DNA of 124,000 nt from Octopus vulgaris (GCA_951406725.2 OX597825.1:15024001-15148000); one strand, 5' to 3'; counted from the stretch's first letter, positions 42,500-55,505 are shown. Made by a program: numbers and translations. Notes: generated by a model not told the origin, from the letters alone.

Positions 42500-43530
42500 A
42501 TATTGTTATATATATATGGATGGAACCACACTGGCCATATGTCATGGGGGTCATGGTGTTTCTATTGCTTATTAAGAGAGTGAAGAGTAGCTTCAATAAC
42601 CAATACTTTAGGTCCTCGAGTACTGGTACATATGAATGTGGGGGGAGGGGTTTCGTATATGTGTCCGAGTGTTTTGTGCGTGTGTGTGTGCGTATGTGTG
42701 TGTGTTATATCAAAATCATTAGGCTTTGTTGTTTGATACTGATGTTCGATTGTCTTCTGTGATGCTATCTGTGAAGATGCGAACAGTACTCTCTATCAAA
42801 ACAACATACCTTGGGCAAGATTCTCTCAAGACATTGGGTAAATCTTAGAGTCATTTAGAATTGCTTTCAGGACTAAACCGGATCGTTTACAGGGCCACAA
42901 ATACGAGCACCTTCATTTCCAACCTCAACAACGGGGCTTAATTTCGGCAATCAACATTCATACATTTTGATATCTTCGACCCCGCACAGTTGAAATTACT
43001 TGTGCTGAATACACAATATATCTTCACGTCTAAGAACGTCTACATGGGAAAACTTATCCTAATATTTAATGCATAGAATCTCCAGAAGAAATACGTGAAA
43101 AGGATTCAATATTTAAGCAAATTACCCAGTATCGATGTTTCAGCCACAGCGAGACAGTTCGCTGGAAAAACTGCATTGATATCCATCTGAGTAGATACGA
43201 AGCCTACAATTCATATAGCAACTTTCCGAAGGCTGTCACCGCATTGTCGATATACGATCACTATTCAAATTAAAGGCAAATAGTTGAGGCTACTCCACTC
43301 CCAAGTTAATCAATAAAGAATCACCACTCCCAAGTTAATCAAAGTTGTTTACACATTCAAGTCAGTTCCACAGGATGTACAAATTAGTTATGTATTTCAA
43401 GAGAATTCTAGAGGGGTTCCATTTCTGTAGACCTCATGTTGAGGTCGACATTGTAGCAGGCCTTTGAAAGTTGATTGATATAGGCTTCATGGTAGACAGG
43501 TATTGTAAATGTTGTAGAGAATCATCTCAA
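42500..43530 (-). mobile_element. decayed Penelope-like reverse transcriptase
   Basis: Degenerate ..EVYRNGTPL (KIHK.GTPLRPI) and spaced RT-like blocks in PLE order, with many stops. Confidence 0.45.
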
Positions 43531-45798
43531 ACAAATTTTGACTGACATAGCTGTTCAACTTTGACTTTTGCTGGCAATCAGCAAATTTTATTCTTCAATC
43601 CGTAAGATTTTAGAGGACTCAAGAGCGTTGGTTTGATTCATCTGCGAAACGCCGGTGTTCACGCAAAGATGTCTCACGAATAAAGACGCGCGTGTGTAAA
43701 CAAAACAGTAACAGAACAAAAAAAAAAGGAAGAGGAAGAAAACTGATGACTTCTATAAAAACAAGAACCATAAACTGTTGGACATGTTTTGTCAGTGTGA
43801 CTCTCGTGAGACGAAAGTGTTGTCTTGAGAAAGACATGGTGTATGGACAGGGTGTGCGTCATGGAATGGTAGAATGACAGTCAGGAACGAAGTGAAAAAT
43901 AGAGAGAAAGAAAGATTGTAGGAGTGTGTCAAGAGTCAAGATGGTCGAAGTGGAAGTTAAGAAACACTGTAATGAAAGAAAAGAAACAAACAAATTTGTC
44001 ATAATAAAAGATATAGTTGAAGACAAATTCAAAATAATTATGAACGACAAGTAGAACCAGCAAAAGAAAAAGAGAAATTACAAACACAGATAAACTTATT
44101 TAATGCACGCATACTTGTATGTGAGTGTGTTAGTGTGACTTTTCATACGTTTTTGTTTAAGTGTATTGACAGAAATCCTGTTGTTTCGTCTCGACCATCT
44201 ATGAACTGTAACTAATGAAACAGCTGAGCACAGCGTTATAAGGTAACCGCTGTAATGCGAAATTATAATTAAGTCGAGTGGGAGAATTGGCTGCAGTAAA
44301 TTTCATGAACTTATCATTCTTGAAATCGCGTTCTCTTGATAAAGACCTCTGTGGCATTCATTGTTTGATCTTTCAACTTAATATCATGATCTTCTAACTT
44401 GAAATCGTCTGTTATAGAAATTATGTAAATACACGTGTACTTACAAAGAAAGTTAGATAGTAGAACGCACAAATGTGTAACATCACATACATCCTACATA
44501 AACACACTGGCACAATAAAATGATATACATAGCGAAAGATATTGGAAAGACACACAATGCGTTATGGAGAAACACAAGAATATATATATATATGTGCATT
44601 TCACACATCCATTTACACAGTCAAGCATGAGAACTCTCTCGTACAGATACTAACTCTGTACAAACCAAAGTTAAAACAACAAATTCTAAAGTTGCTTCTC
44701 TCTTCAATTTACAAACAAATTTCAATCCAAAATGTACGGCTGAACAAAAATATTTTAAAAACTGACAGAGAAATTAAAATTGGAAACTTATTTCATTAAA
44801 AAGAAAAATCATTTAAAAAAAATTATATTAAACATTCAAGATTATTTAGAATTTTGATTCAAGTCCAAATTTCAATTTCGATTTGTTTCATTTTTCATTT
44901 ATTTGTTTTTTCTTTTATTCGGTTGTTTTTATAGCAATACCATTTGCTCTTCCCAACCAAATCCTGTTTACGAAAATATCACGGTTTTATTAATGCGAAA
45001 TTTCAAACCAAAAACTCCAGAAAAAAATGTGCAAACAAAAAAATTAAACTAAAATACGCAATACCGATCGAAACGGTACGTAGCATATTTTTATAATTTG
45101 TATATTTATTTTTTCTGTGTTATATCTGCATGTTATCATTGAAATATTCAATCATGCGCAAATAAAACTTTCAAGACTATGAAATTTTACATCTAAATAT
45201 TTTTATGACTAAATTACCAGTTGAATGCCTTCATACACTGGACTGGCAAGAAGGATTTTTCACACTGTGATGACATATACAATTTTCATGTGTTCTTCGC
45301 AGTTTTCTATTTGCCAGATAAAATCTTCCAGGCCATTAAACATCTGAAATAAGAATTCAACTGAATCTTTTGCTTTTGATTCAAATGTTTGTGTCTATGG
45401 AAGCTGAAGTTGGGAAAATAGCACGTCGTCATAAGAAATCATAGACAGCTGAAGATCGTGATTTCTTGTTTTCTCCATGGCGCCAGTGGGAAAGATATAA
45501 AATGTGAACTCATGGAAACAGATTCTTTAGTACGCCGTAATAATATTATTTTCAATAATGTTCCGCTCATAAACGAAACGATGAAATACATGTTTAACTG
45601 TCCCAAAATAATTAATATCTGCATGGTACCTGTATATTTTATATCACAGCTCAACTAGAATTCGAAAATGTAGATGCTAGGAAATGTAATAAAACTTTGA
45701 ATAGTTCGAACGACAGTGAAGTTTAGTCTGTAGTTTTTGCCTATGAAAGAAATGGTTCCTATTGTTGTTGTTTTTCTTTTGTTGAATTTTTCCTTCAG

Positions 45799-45860
45799 TA
45801 ACATCAAACACAGCCACATGCCATTGAGGCATATTATCTCGTTGTCGGAATCAGCGTCAG
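45799..45860 (+). CDS. candidate 62-nt exon (NIKHSHMPLRHIISLSESAS)
   Basis: Acceptor tttttccttcag|, donor CAG|GTGAGC, one open frame. Confidence 0.2.
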
Positions 45861-48131
45861 GTGAGCTCTGGATGTTCCCGCCCGAGATTACAAGACATTC
45901 TAACTGAACATTCCAGCTTTAATGTCAGACAGTGTCAGACAGCGTATCCAGTATTACATTAGGTGATATACCTATCTCTCCAATTAAGACTATACTGTAT
46001 CATTTTATAGAAACCTTGTTGTTATGTACAGTAGGCAGCCACAGTGAGAGCTATGTAGTTTATTTGAGTAATTGCATATCATTTATATAACTGGTGGCTA
46101 GGTCTCCGCACTGAATGTGTATTAGTATTTTGTAAAGAGACTCTAATACTTTTCTAGAAGTTTACAGATATAGATTATCCTAAGTATTCAATCCTACATA
46201 ATTTGAATGGGAGCATATGTGAGTTTATATTTAATGCTGTAATTACTATGTAGAACATCCTTATAATCACCCTCTAAAAAAATTCCCGTAATTCTAAATC
46301 CTTGTATTTCATTTCTTTGCTTTCTAACCTATGCTCTTCTAAATCATTCCTAATTACTTATTTTGTGAATTTTACCTGCAAAATTACTCAGCCATTTACG
46401 CTGGGAATTTCCTATTCAAATGTGATATTTAGCAAGGGCTTACGAATGTGACATCACTCAAAAGCAGTTACTGGACAATGTCTCTGGATTTTCAGATTTG
46501 CTGTGTATCATTTCTATGTGTACTGAACATATCATATTGCTTGCTCATCTACTTCATTATTTCATTGGCACATTCAATCAAATATGACTGCTTATTGAGA
46601 ATAAACCGTTGTGAATTGTTAACGAGCTCTCGATTAAATTCAATTTGTTCCACGAATTTACTTTTATCCGTTTCAGGTGGCTGTAGAAGAATATCGCTCA
46701 CTTGATGTCTCATATCTCTTATTTCCTTTCATTGTGTCTAAGATAAGAAGACATGATTTCCAGTTTGTCAGTGCTTCTTGTAATATCTAACTTAATAGTT
46801 ACATTGACTTTTGTAAATTTATCACCAACCATACACATATATTTCTCCCATCAATTTACATCGTGTTACTGGTTGAAGACAAAATATTCTATTAACTTAT
46901 TTTGCTCATAACAGTTGGTATCTGAATGCATCGTAAACTTCTTGCCAACAAAAGACTGCCTCACCTTTGAACAAACTCTAGCAAAGAAATTCACTTGTCT
47001 TTTTCTCCTTCACTTTTGAAATCTTGCAATTATATGGATGATCATTATGTTACATATTGCTAGATTGTATATTAATTTCTAATTTCAAGCCCAAGCTACA
47101 AAATTTTATTCACAGTATATAAACAAGTAATATTTATGTAGTTGTGGACCTCACTCCCGTATTTACGCTATCGTTTTTGCTTATGGATTTTTTCCTATTG
47201 CTGTCTGTCGGTAACGTTATTAAATAATGGTCGACATGTTGTGAGCAAATGCATACTTATAAACCATTTCTAACTAGAAGTCTATCAGAACCTCTCCACC
47301 TAGACTTTCTAGTTTGGTAGTTTCGTTATTTCTTTCACTATTAACCGTTTGCAACGTAAGTGTAGTCTTATTTATTATCCACGTAACCGCTGCATCCACT
47401 TTACGTGAATGTGTTAGTTCAAATGTTTGCCCAGTATGTTTTGATGTTCTTCCCTGCAGTTCAGTCACTGATATAAATCCTTTTCATTTTCTCTAAGCCT
47501 TCAGTTTTCTGTTTATATTATTTGATCTACAGTGTGTGTATCTATTAAATTCCCCAATATCGTATTGATTATATGTTATATTTATTTTCTTACAATCTGT
47601 AGATCTTCTCAGCTTGAATTATATTTCCTTTGTAATGATTAAGTTTATTTCCCTGCAGGCTTCAACGTACAGAATTTTAAGCCGAACATCGATTGTATCG
47701 ATCTCACAAGTAAAAGAGGGAACACAAAGGAACTGCCCGATCTAAACAATATCAACATGCAGCCCTTTCATTCTTTGTTTCCACTATAGTTCTCTTTATT
47801 TTCACTTTGTATTACACTGAATATGTAATATTTCAGTGAAGAATGATCTCTCTATGATATCACAGATTATAAGTATAATTAATAAAATGCCTGAATATAC
47901 ATTTCAGCACATCATTAAATTTCAAAGCTGGAAAATTTAATCTGCCACGCTTAATTCCATTTAATATGGTAATCATTCTCATTATCTCTAGTAGGTACCT
48001 CTTCTTTTACATAACATACGCTCTCCTTCCTCGTCTTCTTCTTCTTCAACTTCTTCTACTCCTTCTTCTTCTTCTACCCCGTCTTCTTCGTCTACTCCTT
48101 CTTCTTCTTCTTCTTATTATTATTATTATTA

Positions 48132-48355
48132 GTAGAGACGCATGGCTCAGTGGTTAGAGCCTTGCGCTTACGATGGTGAGGTTGTGAGTTTGATTCCCGG
48201 ACCGGGGTACGTGTTGTGTTCTTGAGCAAGACACTTTATTTCACGCTGCTCCAGTTCACTCAGCTGTAGAAATGAGTTGCAGCGTCACTGGTACCAAGGT
48301 GCATCGGCCCCTTTGCCTAGAAGGGAAATTTTCTAGGTGCAATCCCACGGTCCAT
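48132..48355 (+). mobile_element. SINE family A with internal deletion
   Basis: Head and CORE-like segment as in the 3051 copy. Confidence 0.85.
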
Positions 48356-48388
48356 ATCCTCATTGTCCGCATCATATTCAACATCATC

Positions 48389-48421
<33 letters not shown>

Positions 48422-48736
48422 GTTATCATCGCCATTATCGTCATCAAACTCGTCATTGACATCCTTGTTGTCGTCATTGTTCTTCTCTACTCTAGGCACA
48501 AGGCCCGAAATCAAGGTGGGGGGCCCAGTCGATTAGATCGACCTCCGTAGGCAACTGGTACTTAATTTATCGACCCCGAATGAATGATACTCGTCTGTAT
48601 TATTATTACTCTTACTCTATGAACATTAAAATTTGAGTTGTTTGATGTAGTATTATAAGGAAAGGATTCTACATAAATACATGCAGAAATTATAATATTA
48701 TTATCTTGTTTAACTTATTAACATACGTTGTGATTA

Positions 48737-49046
48737 CGCGTGGAGACGCAATGGCCCAGTGGTTAGGGCAACGGACTCGCGGTCGGAGGATCGCGGTTTC
48801 GATTCCCAGATATTTGCGTGTGTTTATTGAGCGAAAACACCTAAAGCTCCACGAGGCACCGGCAGGGGTGGTGGCGACCCCTGTTGTACTCTTTCACCAC
48901 ACCTTTCTCCCACTCTCTCTTCCTGTTTCTTGAGTAACGCTGCGATGGACTGACGCCCCGTCCAGCTGGGAGGAACACATACGCCACAGAAACCTGGAAA
49001 TCGGGTCCATGAGCCTGGCTAGGTTTGAAAAGGTCGCGAAGAAGAA
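48737..49046 (+). mobile_element. SINE family D (D2)
   Basis: Head tggagacgcaatggcccagtggttagg; 10-bp TSD gttgtgatta. Confidence 0.9.
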
Positions 49047-49624
49047 GTTGTGATTATGTATTTGCCAGTATGCGATCTTTTTCGACCCTGAGTATCTATA
49101 ATTGTAGGGATTTGATACTATTTCAAGACCCTCAATGGTGTTATCTGTATTTCCTGGTTTTTATATTTGTGTAACCTCTTTATTCCTTTAGAGCATATAT
49201 TATCAGGTGTTTGAACACAGTTCCGAGGAGGCAATGAATCTGCCAAACCCAAAATAACAAATGCTTCACAAGCGGCCATAAATATCTTAAAGTTTTTCCA
49301 ATGTGGTCAACGTAAAATTTAGATACAGTTGCAAAAGTAAACATTATCTCGATATTCAGTGATGAAATACAATATATCGTAAAAGAAATAAATACAGACA
49401 ATTTACAGGTAAACAAATACATTTGCTAGGCAGAAATCCAATGAGTGGTGAAAGGGAAATATTTGAAGAAAAATGCAATTGATGGGGAAACGTTACTATG
49501 AAAGGCTACAGATATATCGGCAAAAGAAGTGGAATGCTCAAAGCCAGGGCCTTATAATACATACAGCAATTCTATAAAATAAAGCAGAGAAAGTCAATGT
49601 TTTACTGGAAATATGAGGGTCGTA

Positions 49625-49858
49625 AAGGCGGCGAGCTGGCAGAATCGTTAGTACGCCGGGTGAAATGCGTAGCCGTATTTCGTCTGCCGTTACGGTCTGA
49701 ATTCAAATTCCACCGAGGTCGGTTATGCCTTTCATCCTTTCGGGGTCGATACATTAAGTACCAGTCACGCACTGGGGTCGATGTAATCGACTTAATCTTT
49801 TTGTCAGTTCTTGTTTGTCTCCTCTGTGTTTAGCCCCTTGTGGGTAGTAAAGAAATAG
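49625..49858 (+). mobile_element. SINE family B, full length
   Basis: 14-bp TSD atatgagggtcgta; tail tagccccttgtgggtagtaaagaaata. Confidence 0.92.
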
Positions 49859-50632
49859 ATATGAGGGTCGTATAAACTATACTGGGAAATATAATCTTGA
49901 CAATAACAGTATACCGCACTCTTTCGGTAAATGCATATTTTTTGAAATAGGGTATTGATTGAAACATGTTTAAAATTCGATGAGGCATCAGACACTGTAT
50001 TATAACTTTGTAAGTATATGTCTTCTCGTTTCCGTCCGACCATTACGCAGATGAAATTGCTACACAATTATTTCAACGCAGCGAAAATAACCACTTATTC
50101 AAAGAGGTACTTAACAAATTCATTCTCTGCAACACAGAAGATTATCAAATAAAATCAACAATCATGGTCACTATTAAAAACATATACACTGTGACAATAT
50201 AAAATGACTTGGAGTTATAAAGAATATATCTGGAACATTCATAATATATGAATAATGCAATTAAACATAAGAATACATCGCGAAAATTAATTAGAAAACA
50301 TTCAATTGTTCCACAGCTTTCTATCAGAAAGAAGCAATAACAATGCCATACATACATTATATTGTATAATTCCTTCAATAAACTTACAACCAGTTGAATG
50401 TCTCTAGTAGTCATACAGCGACCACAACAGACTACAATATAGACGAAACATAGACTAGAAAATAGACGAATAAAGAACTGATTACTCGTCGTCATTTATT
50501 TTACACAGAGCTCATACTTCACAAGACAAATATATTAGAACCATCGAAGAATATATGGTGACCTGATGGATAAAGTTTCACACTGTAGCATGAATCATCT
50601 GTCATATGTGTGTGTGCGTTTGTTTATGTCTG

Positions 50633-50830
50633 TAGGTGCATGGGTTAGTGGTTAGGGTGTCAGCATCATGATCGTAAGATTGTGGTTTCGATTCCTGGAC
50701 CGGGCGACGCGTTGTGTTCCTGAGGAAAACACTTCCTTTCACGTTGCTCCAGTCCACTCAGCTGGCAAAAATTAGTAACGCTGCGATGGACTGCCGTCTC
50801 GTCCAGCTGCCGAACATATATGTTAGGCAT
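50633..50830 (+). mobile_element. tRNA-headed CORE-like SINE, chimeric tail
   Basis: A/B boxes, then tgtgttcctgaggaaaacac...ccactcagctgg. Confidence 0.75.
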
Positions 50831-50849
50831 TAAAAGGGCGCATTGTTTG

Positions 50850-50891
<42 letters not shown>

Positions 50892-50899
50892 ATGTATAC

Positions 50900-51120
50900 T
50901 CTCTCTCTTTTACTTGTTTCACTAATTTGACCTCGGCCATGCTGGAACACCGCCTTTAGTCGAACAAATCGACCCCAGGACTTATTCTTTGTAAGCCTAG
51001 TACTTATTCTATCGGTTTCTTTTGCCGAACCGCTAGGTTACGCGGCCGTAAACACACCAGCATCTGTTGTCAAGCGATGTTGGGAGGACAAACACCGACA
51101 CACAAACACCCACACCCATC
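50900..51120 (-). mobile_element. SINE family C, 3' half (its probable 5' half is at 55590-55740)
   Basis: Matches the 3' half of full copies and ends at the internal microsatellite. Confidence 0.85.
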
Positions 51121-51128
51121 CCCCCCCC

Positions 51129-51169
<41 letters not shown>

Positions 51170-51291
51170 ATGTCGCACGTTCGGATACCTCTACTACTCT
51201 GTTTCTTTATTAGCCACAAGGGCCCAAACATAAAGGGGAACAAACAAAGAGAGACAGGACACCACAGAGAGGACAATACATAGAACGAATA

Positions 51292-51451
51292 AGGCGGCGA
51301 TCTAGCAGAAACCTTAGCACGCCAGGCGAAATGCGTAGCCGTATTTCGTCTGCCGTTACGTTCTGAGTTCAAATTCCGGCGAGGTCGACTTTGACCTTCA
51401 TCCTTTCATCCTCTCTGTGTTTAGCCCCTTTGAAGGTAGTAAAGAAATAGA
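51292..51451 (+). mobile_element. SINE family B with internal deletion
   Basis: 17-bp TSD aatacatagaacgaata (51275-51291 / 51452-51468). Confidence 0.92.
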
Positions 51452-51574
51452 AATACATAGAACGAATATGATGAGATCATTATATAATAATGGGGTTATG
51501 AATGGCTGCATGCGCCACGTATCACGTCACATGCATCACCATTAATATTTTTAAACTGTCCGTTTTTATCATAT

Positions 51575-51948
51575 ACTAGCAGTATCGCCCGGCGTTGCTC
51601 AGGTTTGTAAGGGAAATAACTATAAAGCATTTTTAGAGAGTTATAGCCAAAAAATAGAAAAAAAATGATGGTAAATTTTTTTTCAGAGTTAAAAAAGGTG
51701 GAGTTGCGTCCCCTAGACGGTCTGTGGTTTGGGTTTCTGATTCTCGACCCCATGTCGAATTTATCGATTTTTTCAGAACTGGGGGAACTTTTCAAAATTT
51801 TCGCCGCGTTAGTTTTGAATTATGACATTGGGCTATGTGTGTGTCAAGTTTCATCAGAATCGGTTGAAAGCCGTGGTCAGGGTGAGGGTACGAGAAAACA
51901 GACACACAGAAAACGCACAGACAAACTGCCGTTTATATAGAGAGAGAT
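51575..51948 (+). mobile_element. non-autonomous rolling-circle (Helentron/HINE-like) element
   Basis: Begins actagcagtatcgcccggcgttgctc, ends cagacaaactgcc..tatatagagagagat; same 5' end at 118079. Confidence 0.7.
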
Positions 51949-53766
51949 TTAACTAACAATGAATTATCGTCTACCATTACAATTATTTGAAACCTTATAT
52001 GTTCTCTAAAAATGTTCTTCTATTTTCCGATATTATTAAACATAACATAAAACACTTACTCTTTCTTTTTTTCCCTTTTTCTTTTATTTTTTCTTGTCGC
52101 TTTCACATACTTATTTATTTTTAGTAATATTTCATTAGTGGTTCGATTTATACTAAATTCACTTCTGGTGGCAATTCTTTGAATTCCACACCCTTATTCC
52201 TGATGGGTCGATATTATCTCCACACATTTCTTGTAGTCTTTTATAACTTTCCTTTTCAATTACTATCGCCTTCATATCCTCTGCATATATGTATGCTGGT
52301 ATCTTTACCCTGCTTCAATATTCTTCGTGTAGGTTACGTAATACCATACACCGTCTCCTTTATTTTGGCTTTTCTGTTCTCTCTTTTCCTCCTCCACTCT
52401 AAACACTCTTTCCAATTCTTCTTCGGCCAGCTGAATTTCCGAATCCTTTTCTACCGGAGCAACTGGTATTTTTAATAGTAGCTCCATTTTCTTTTTACTT
52501 TCGTTCTCGGCCTTTTGTCCTCCTTTCTGCTGACCTCCTTCACGGTTTCTTTTCTCATATCTTCTCTCTTCGTTTTTCTGGCGGAGAACCATTCCCTCCA
52601 CTCCTCCTTCTCTTTTTCTTTTACAATAGTCATATCATCATCAGATTCCTTTGTCTCAACCTGTTCCTACCTGGCCCTCGCTCTCTTGTATTCCCACCTG
52701 CTCTGCTTGTTGCGTTTTTCTGGGTGCATCATGGCTTCGTCTGGCCTTTCTCACCACATCCAAAACATACAGACGGCCTGCCCTCCACCTTCATTCTCAT
52801 TGCAAAGCCGTCAGACAAAACTATCTCCTCGGGCACTCCTATTTAAATCGTCCACTGTGCCTGGATAGTGAGCTCTATCCCATAGCCCCAGTAGTCGAGC
52901 TTGTTGGTTCTAGTGGCCTTTAATATTTTTGCTCCGTCCTTCATATTATACATTATGGCTGTCATGAGCCATGCCTCTTCCAGTTCAGGGGGTACTTGGG
53001 CTACTCGTACTCTGGCCACACGTTTTCCGCAATAAGACGGCAAGAGTACCCACTCCTCCGATCGTATTGCCTCTGTATCATACTTTATTCCCTCTCCTTT
53101 TGACGTGAAGTGCACATCTACGGTGGCATACCTCCTTCCTCTTGTACTAAAACTTGTTAGCTTTTTAATATTTTCCAAAACATTTTCTAACTCCTCCACT
53201 GTCGCATCTCTATTTTCCTTGTAGCAATTCTCATAGTCTTATAGGTAACTGTTCTCTTCATTATGCTGTTTGTCAGCTCTGCGAGTGACGTCAACTTCAA
53301 CGTCTCACCCTGCTTCCCCAGTAGCTTTTCGCATGCTTTCATTTTTTGGGGGTTCGACTTTGATTTCAAAAGGCTCCAACGTTCTTTCTTCTGCTCCCTT
53401 TACAGTTGCGGCCGCATATTGTGGCCGCCCGCTGGCGCCTTATACATTTTTCCTCAATGGGAAAATTTAACACAATAAAATTTTAACAATATTAACAAAC
53501 AACAATAACGTACAATCAATTAACTCTCTACTCAACTTCAAAAATATCACCTGTTACTCCGCTCTACTCTCGACACGTTTCTTTATTTTTCACCCTGGCC
53601 ACTAACACAGAGGGGGACACTAAAAGGACAAACACAACACCACAGTGGGGACAATAAGCATAAAACGAATGAGGCTGAATATTATATAATAATGGAAAAT
53701 GAAATGGCTGCATGGGCCCCACTCCTCATGCAGTATCATTTGAACGTTTGTACACACTATATAACA

Positions 53767-55060
53767 AACGTGTTATTTTGTGTGTTGTGTTTTTTTCTGA
53801 ATTATCATTTTGTTTCCTCTTTTTCCTTCAAAGCAATTTTTCATTTCCTTTTTCCTTTTAAAAAAAAAACAAAGTAATTTTACTTACTGTTTTTTTCCTT
53901 TTTAATGTCTCATATAAGGCTCCAGTTCTGTGAGTTCAATTACTGGTGGCAGTTCATCGAACTCCAACAATACTCGGGGTGGGTCAATCTTATTTCCGCA
54001 CATATCTACAAGTTTTTTATAAATTTCTTTATCGACCACAATGGCCTTTACATTTTCTGAGTATACGTCTCTGGGTAATTTTACTCTTATGATGTGTTTA
54101 AATTTCACAATTCTTTTTTCCACTTCCTTGTTTTTAGCATAAGTTACAAAATTCCACTTGTTCTTTCCCCGTCTAGGTTTTTTCCTTTCTGCTTTCTCTA
54201 CCTCTCTTGTTATATATGCCTCTATATTACTTTCCTCCTCCGATTCTGAAACCTTCTCCTTCTCTGTCTCTATTGTAAACAGTTTCTCTATCTCACCCTC
54301 ATGTAGTTGTGCTCCTGAACCTTCCACCAAATCAACTGACATCTTCAACCCCGCTTCCTTCTTCTGTAACTCATTCTCGCACACCTTTTCAATTCTTTTT
54401 CCACTTTCTTTCTCCACCATACTTTTGACATCTTCAAGGCGGTGGGCTGTCAGAAACGTTAGCACGCCGGGCGAAATATGTAGCCGTATTTCGTAGCCGT
54501 ATTTCGTAGCCGTATTTCGTAGCCGTATTTCGTTGTGAGTTCAAATTCCGCCGAGGTCGACTTTGCCTGTCATCCTTTCGGGGGTCGATAAATTAAGTAC
54601 CCGTTACGCACCGGGGCCGATGTAATCGACTTACTCTCTTTGACTGTCCTTGTTTTGTCCTCCCTATGTTTAGCCCCTTGTGAGCAATAAAGAAATACAT
54701 ACTTTTGTCATCTTTCCTTTCCACCTCTTCTTTCTTCTTTTTCTCATTAGCCGGTGGCGGGTTCACTCTTCCGTTCCTTCTTCTTTTTCTTTCAACTAGT
54801 GTGAATCCCTCCTCCGCTGTTTTCTCTTCACTCTCCACATGTACTGCCTCTTCCTTATTCTCTTACATCTCCCCCTCCATTTTTTCTGTGGGCACCACGC
54901 CTTCATGTGGCCTTTCTCACCACATCGAAAGCATACAGGCGGCCTGCCCTCCACCATCCTTCTTAGCGCAAAGCTGTCAGGCAACACTATCTCCTCCGCA
55001 ATCCCATTTAAACACATCAACATCGATAAACAAGCGGTTGACGGGGAATGAAATACAATC
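53767..55060 (-). mobile_element. ORF1/gag-only retroelement, copy B (5'-truncated, interrupted by SINE B)
   Basis: EEIVLPDSFALRRMVEGRPPVCFRCGEKGHMKAWC (CX2CX4HX4C), a K/E-rich linker and RVKLPRDVYSENVKAIVVDKE...IELTELEPYMRH. Confidence 0.8.
54435..54697 (+). mobile_element. SINE family B with an internal 13-mer x4 expansion
   Basis: 17-bp TSD catacttttg(a/t)catctt; (gtagccgtatttc)x4 at 54480-54531. Confidence 0.92.
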
Positions 55061-55085
55061 GCACACACATACACACTCACATATG

Positions 55086-55137
<52 letters not shown>

Positions 55138-55154
55138 TACATATATATAATTAT

Positions 55155-55385
55155 ATCACGTTGCTCCAGTTCACTCAGCTGTAGAAATGAGTTGCGATGT
55201 CACAGGTGCCAAGCTGTATCGACCTTTGTCTTTCCCTTGGATAACACTGGTGACGTGGAGAGGGGAGGCCGGTATGCATGGGCGACTACTGGTCTTCCAT
55301 AAAACAACCTTGCCCAGACTTGTGCCTCAGAGGGTAACTCTCTAGGTGCAAACCCATGGTCACTCATGACCGAAGGGGGTCTTTA
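55155..55385 (+). mobile_element. SINE family A, 5'-truncated
   Basis: cacgttgctccagttcactcagctgtagaaatg...catgaccgaagggggt. Confidence 0.88.
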
Positions 55386-55505
55386 CTTTTATATATATAC
55401 ATATATATAATTATATATATATACATATATACTTATATATATATATATATACATATATATAATTATATATATCTATATATATACATATATATAATTATAT
55501 ATATC

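Larger units (their letters stand above)
51166..53766 (-). mobile_element. ORF1/gag-only retroelement, copy A (decayed; interrupted by SINE B and a Helentron-like element)
   Basis: ORFs 53187-53369 and 52843-53199, then VEGRPSVCFGCGEKG..K..C (CCHC-like), a K/E-rich linker and a C-terminal domain homologous to ORF 53902-54465. No RT is present. Confidence 0.75.

Noticed and set aside
45458-45658. 66-aa ORF (KDIKCELMETDSLVRRNNIIFNNVP...)
   Set aside because: No convincing splice sites or recognisable domain; the length is within chance expectation.
47274-47468. TELQGRTSKHTGQTFELTHSRKVDAAVTW... as a terminal exon
   Set aside because: The composition is plausible, but there is an in-frame stop just upstream, a weak acceptor and no recognisable homology.
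53902-54465. 187-aa ORF as a standalone host gene
   Set aside because: Its start (MLTFLTAHRL) comes from an antisense SINE B insertion; the rest is the C-terminal part of the gag-like element.
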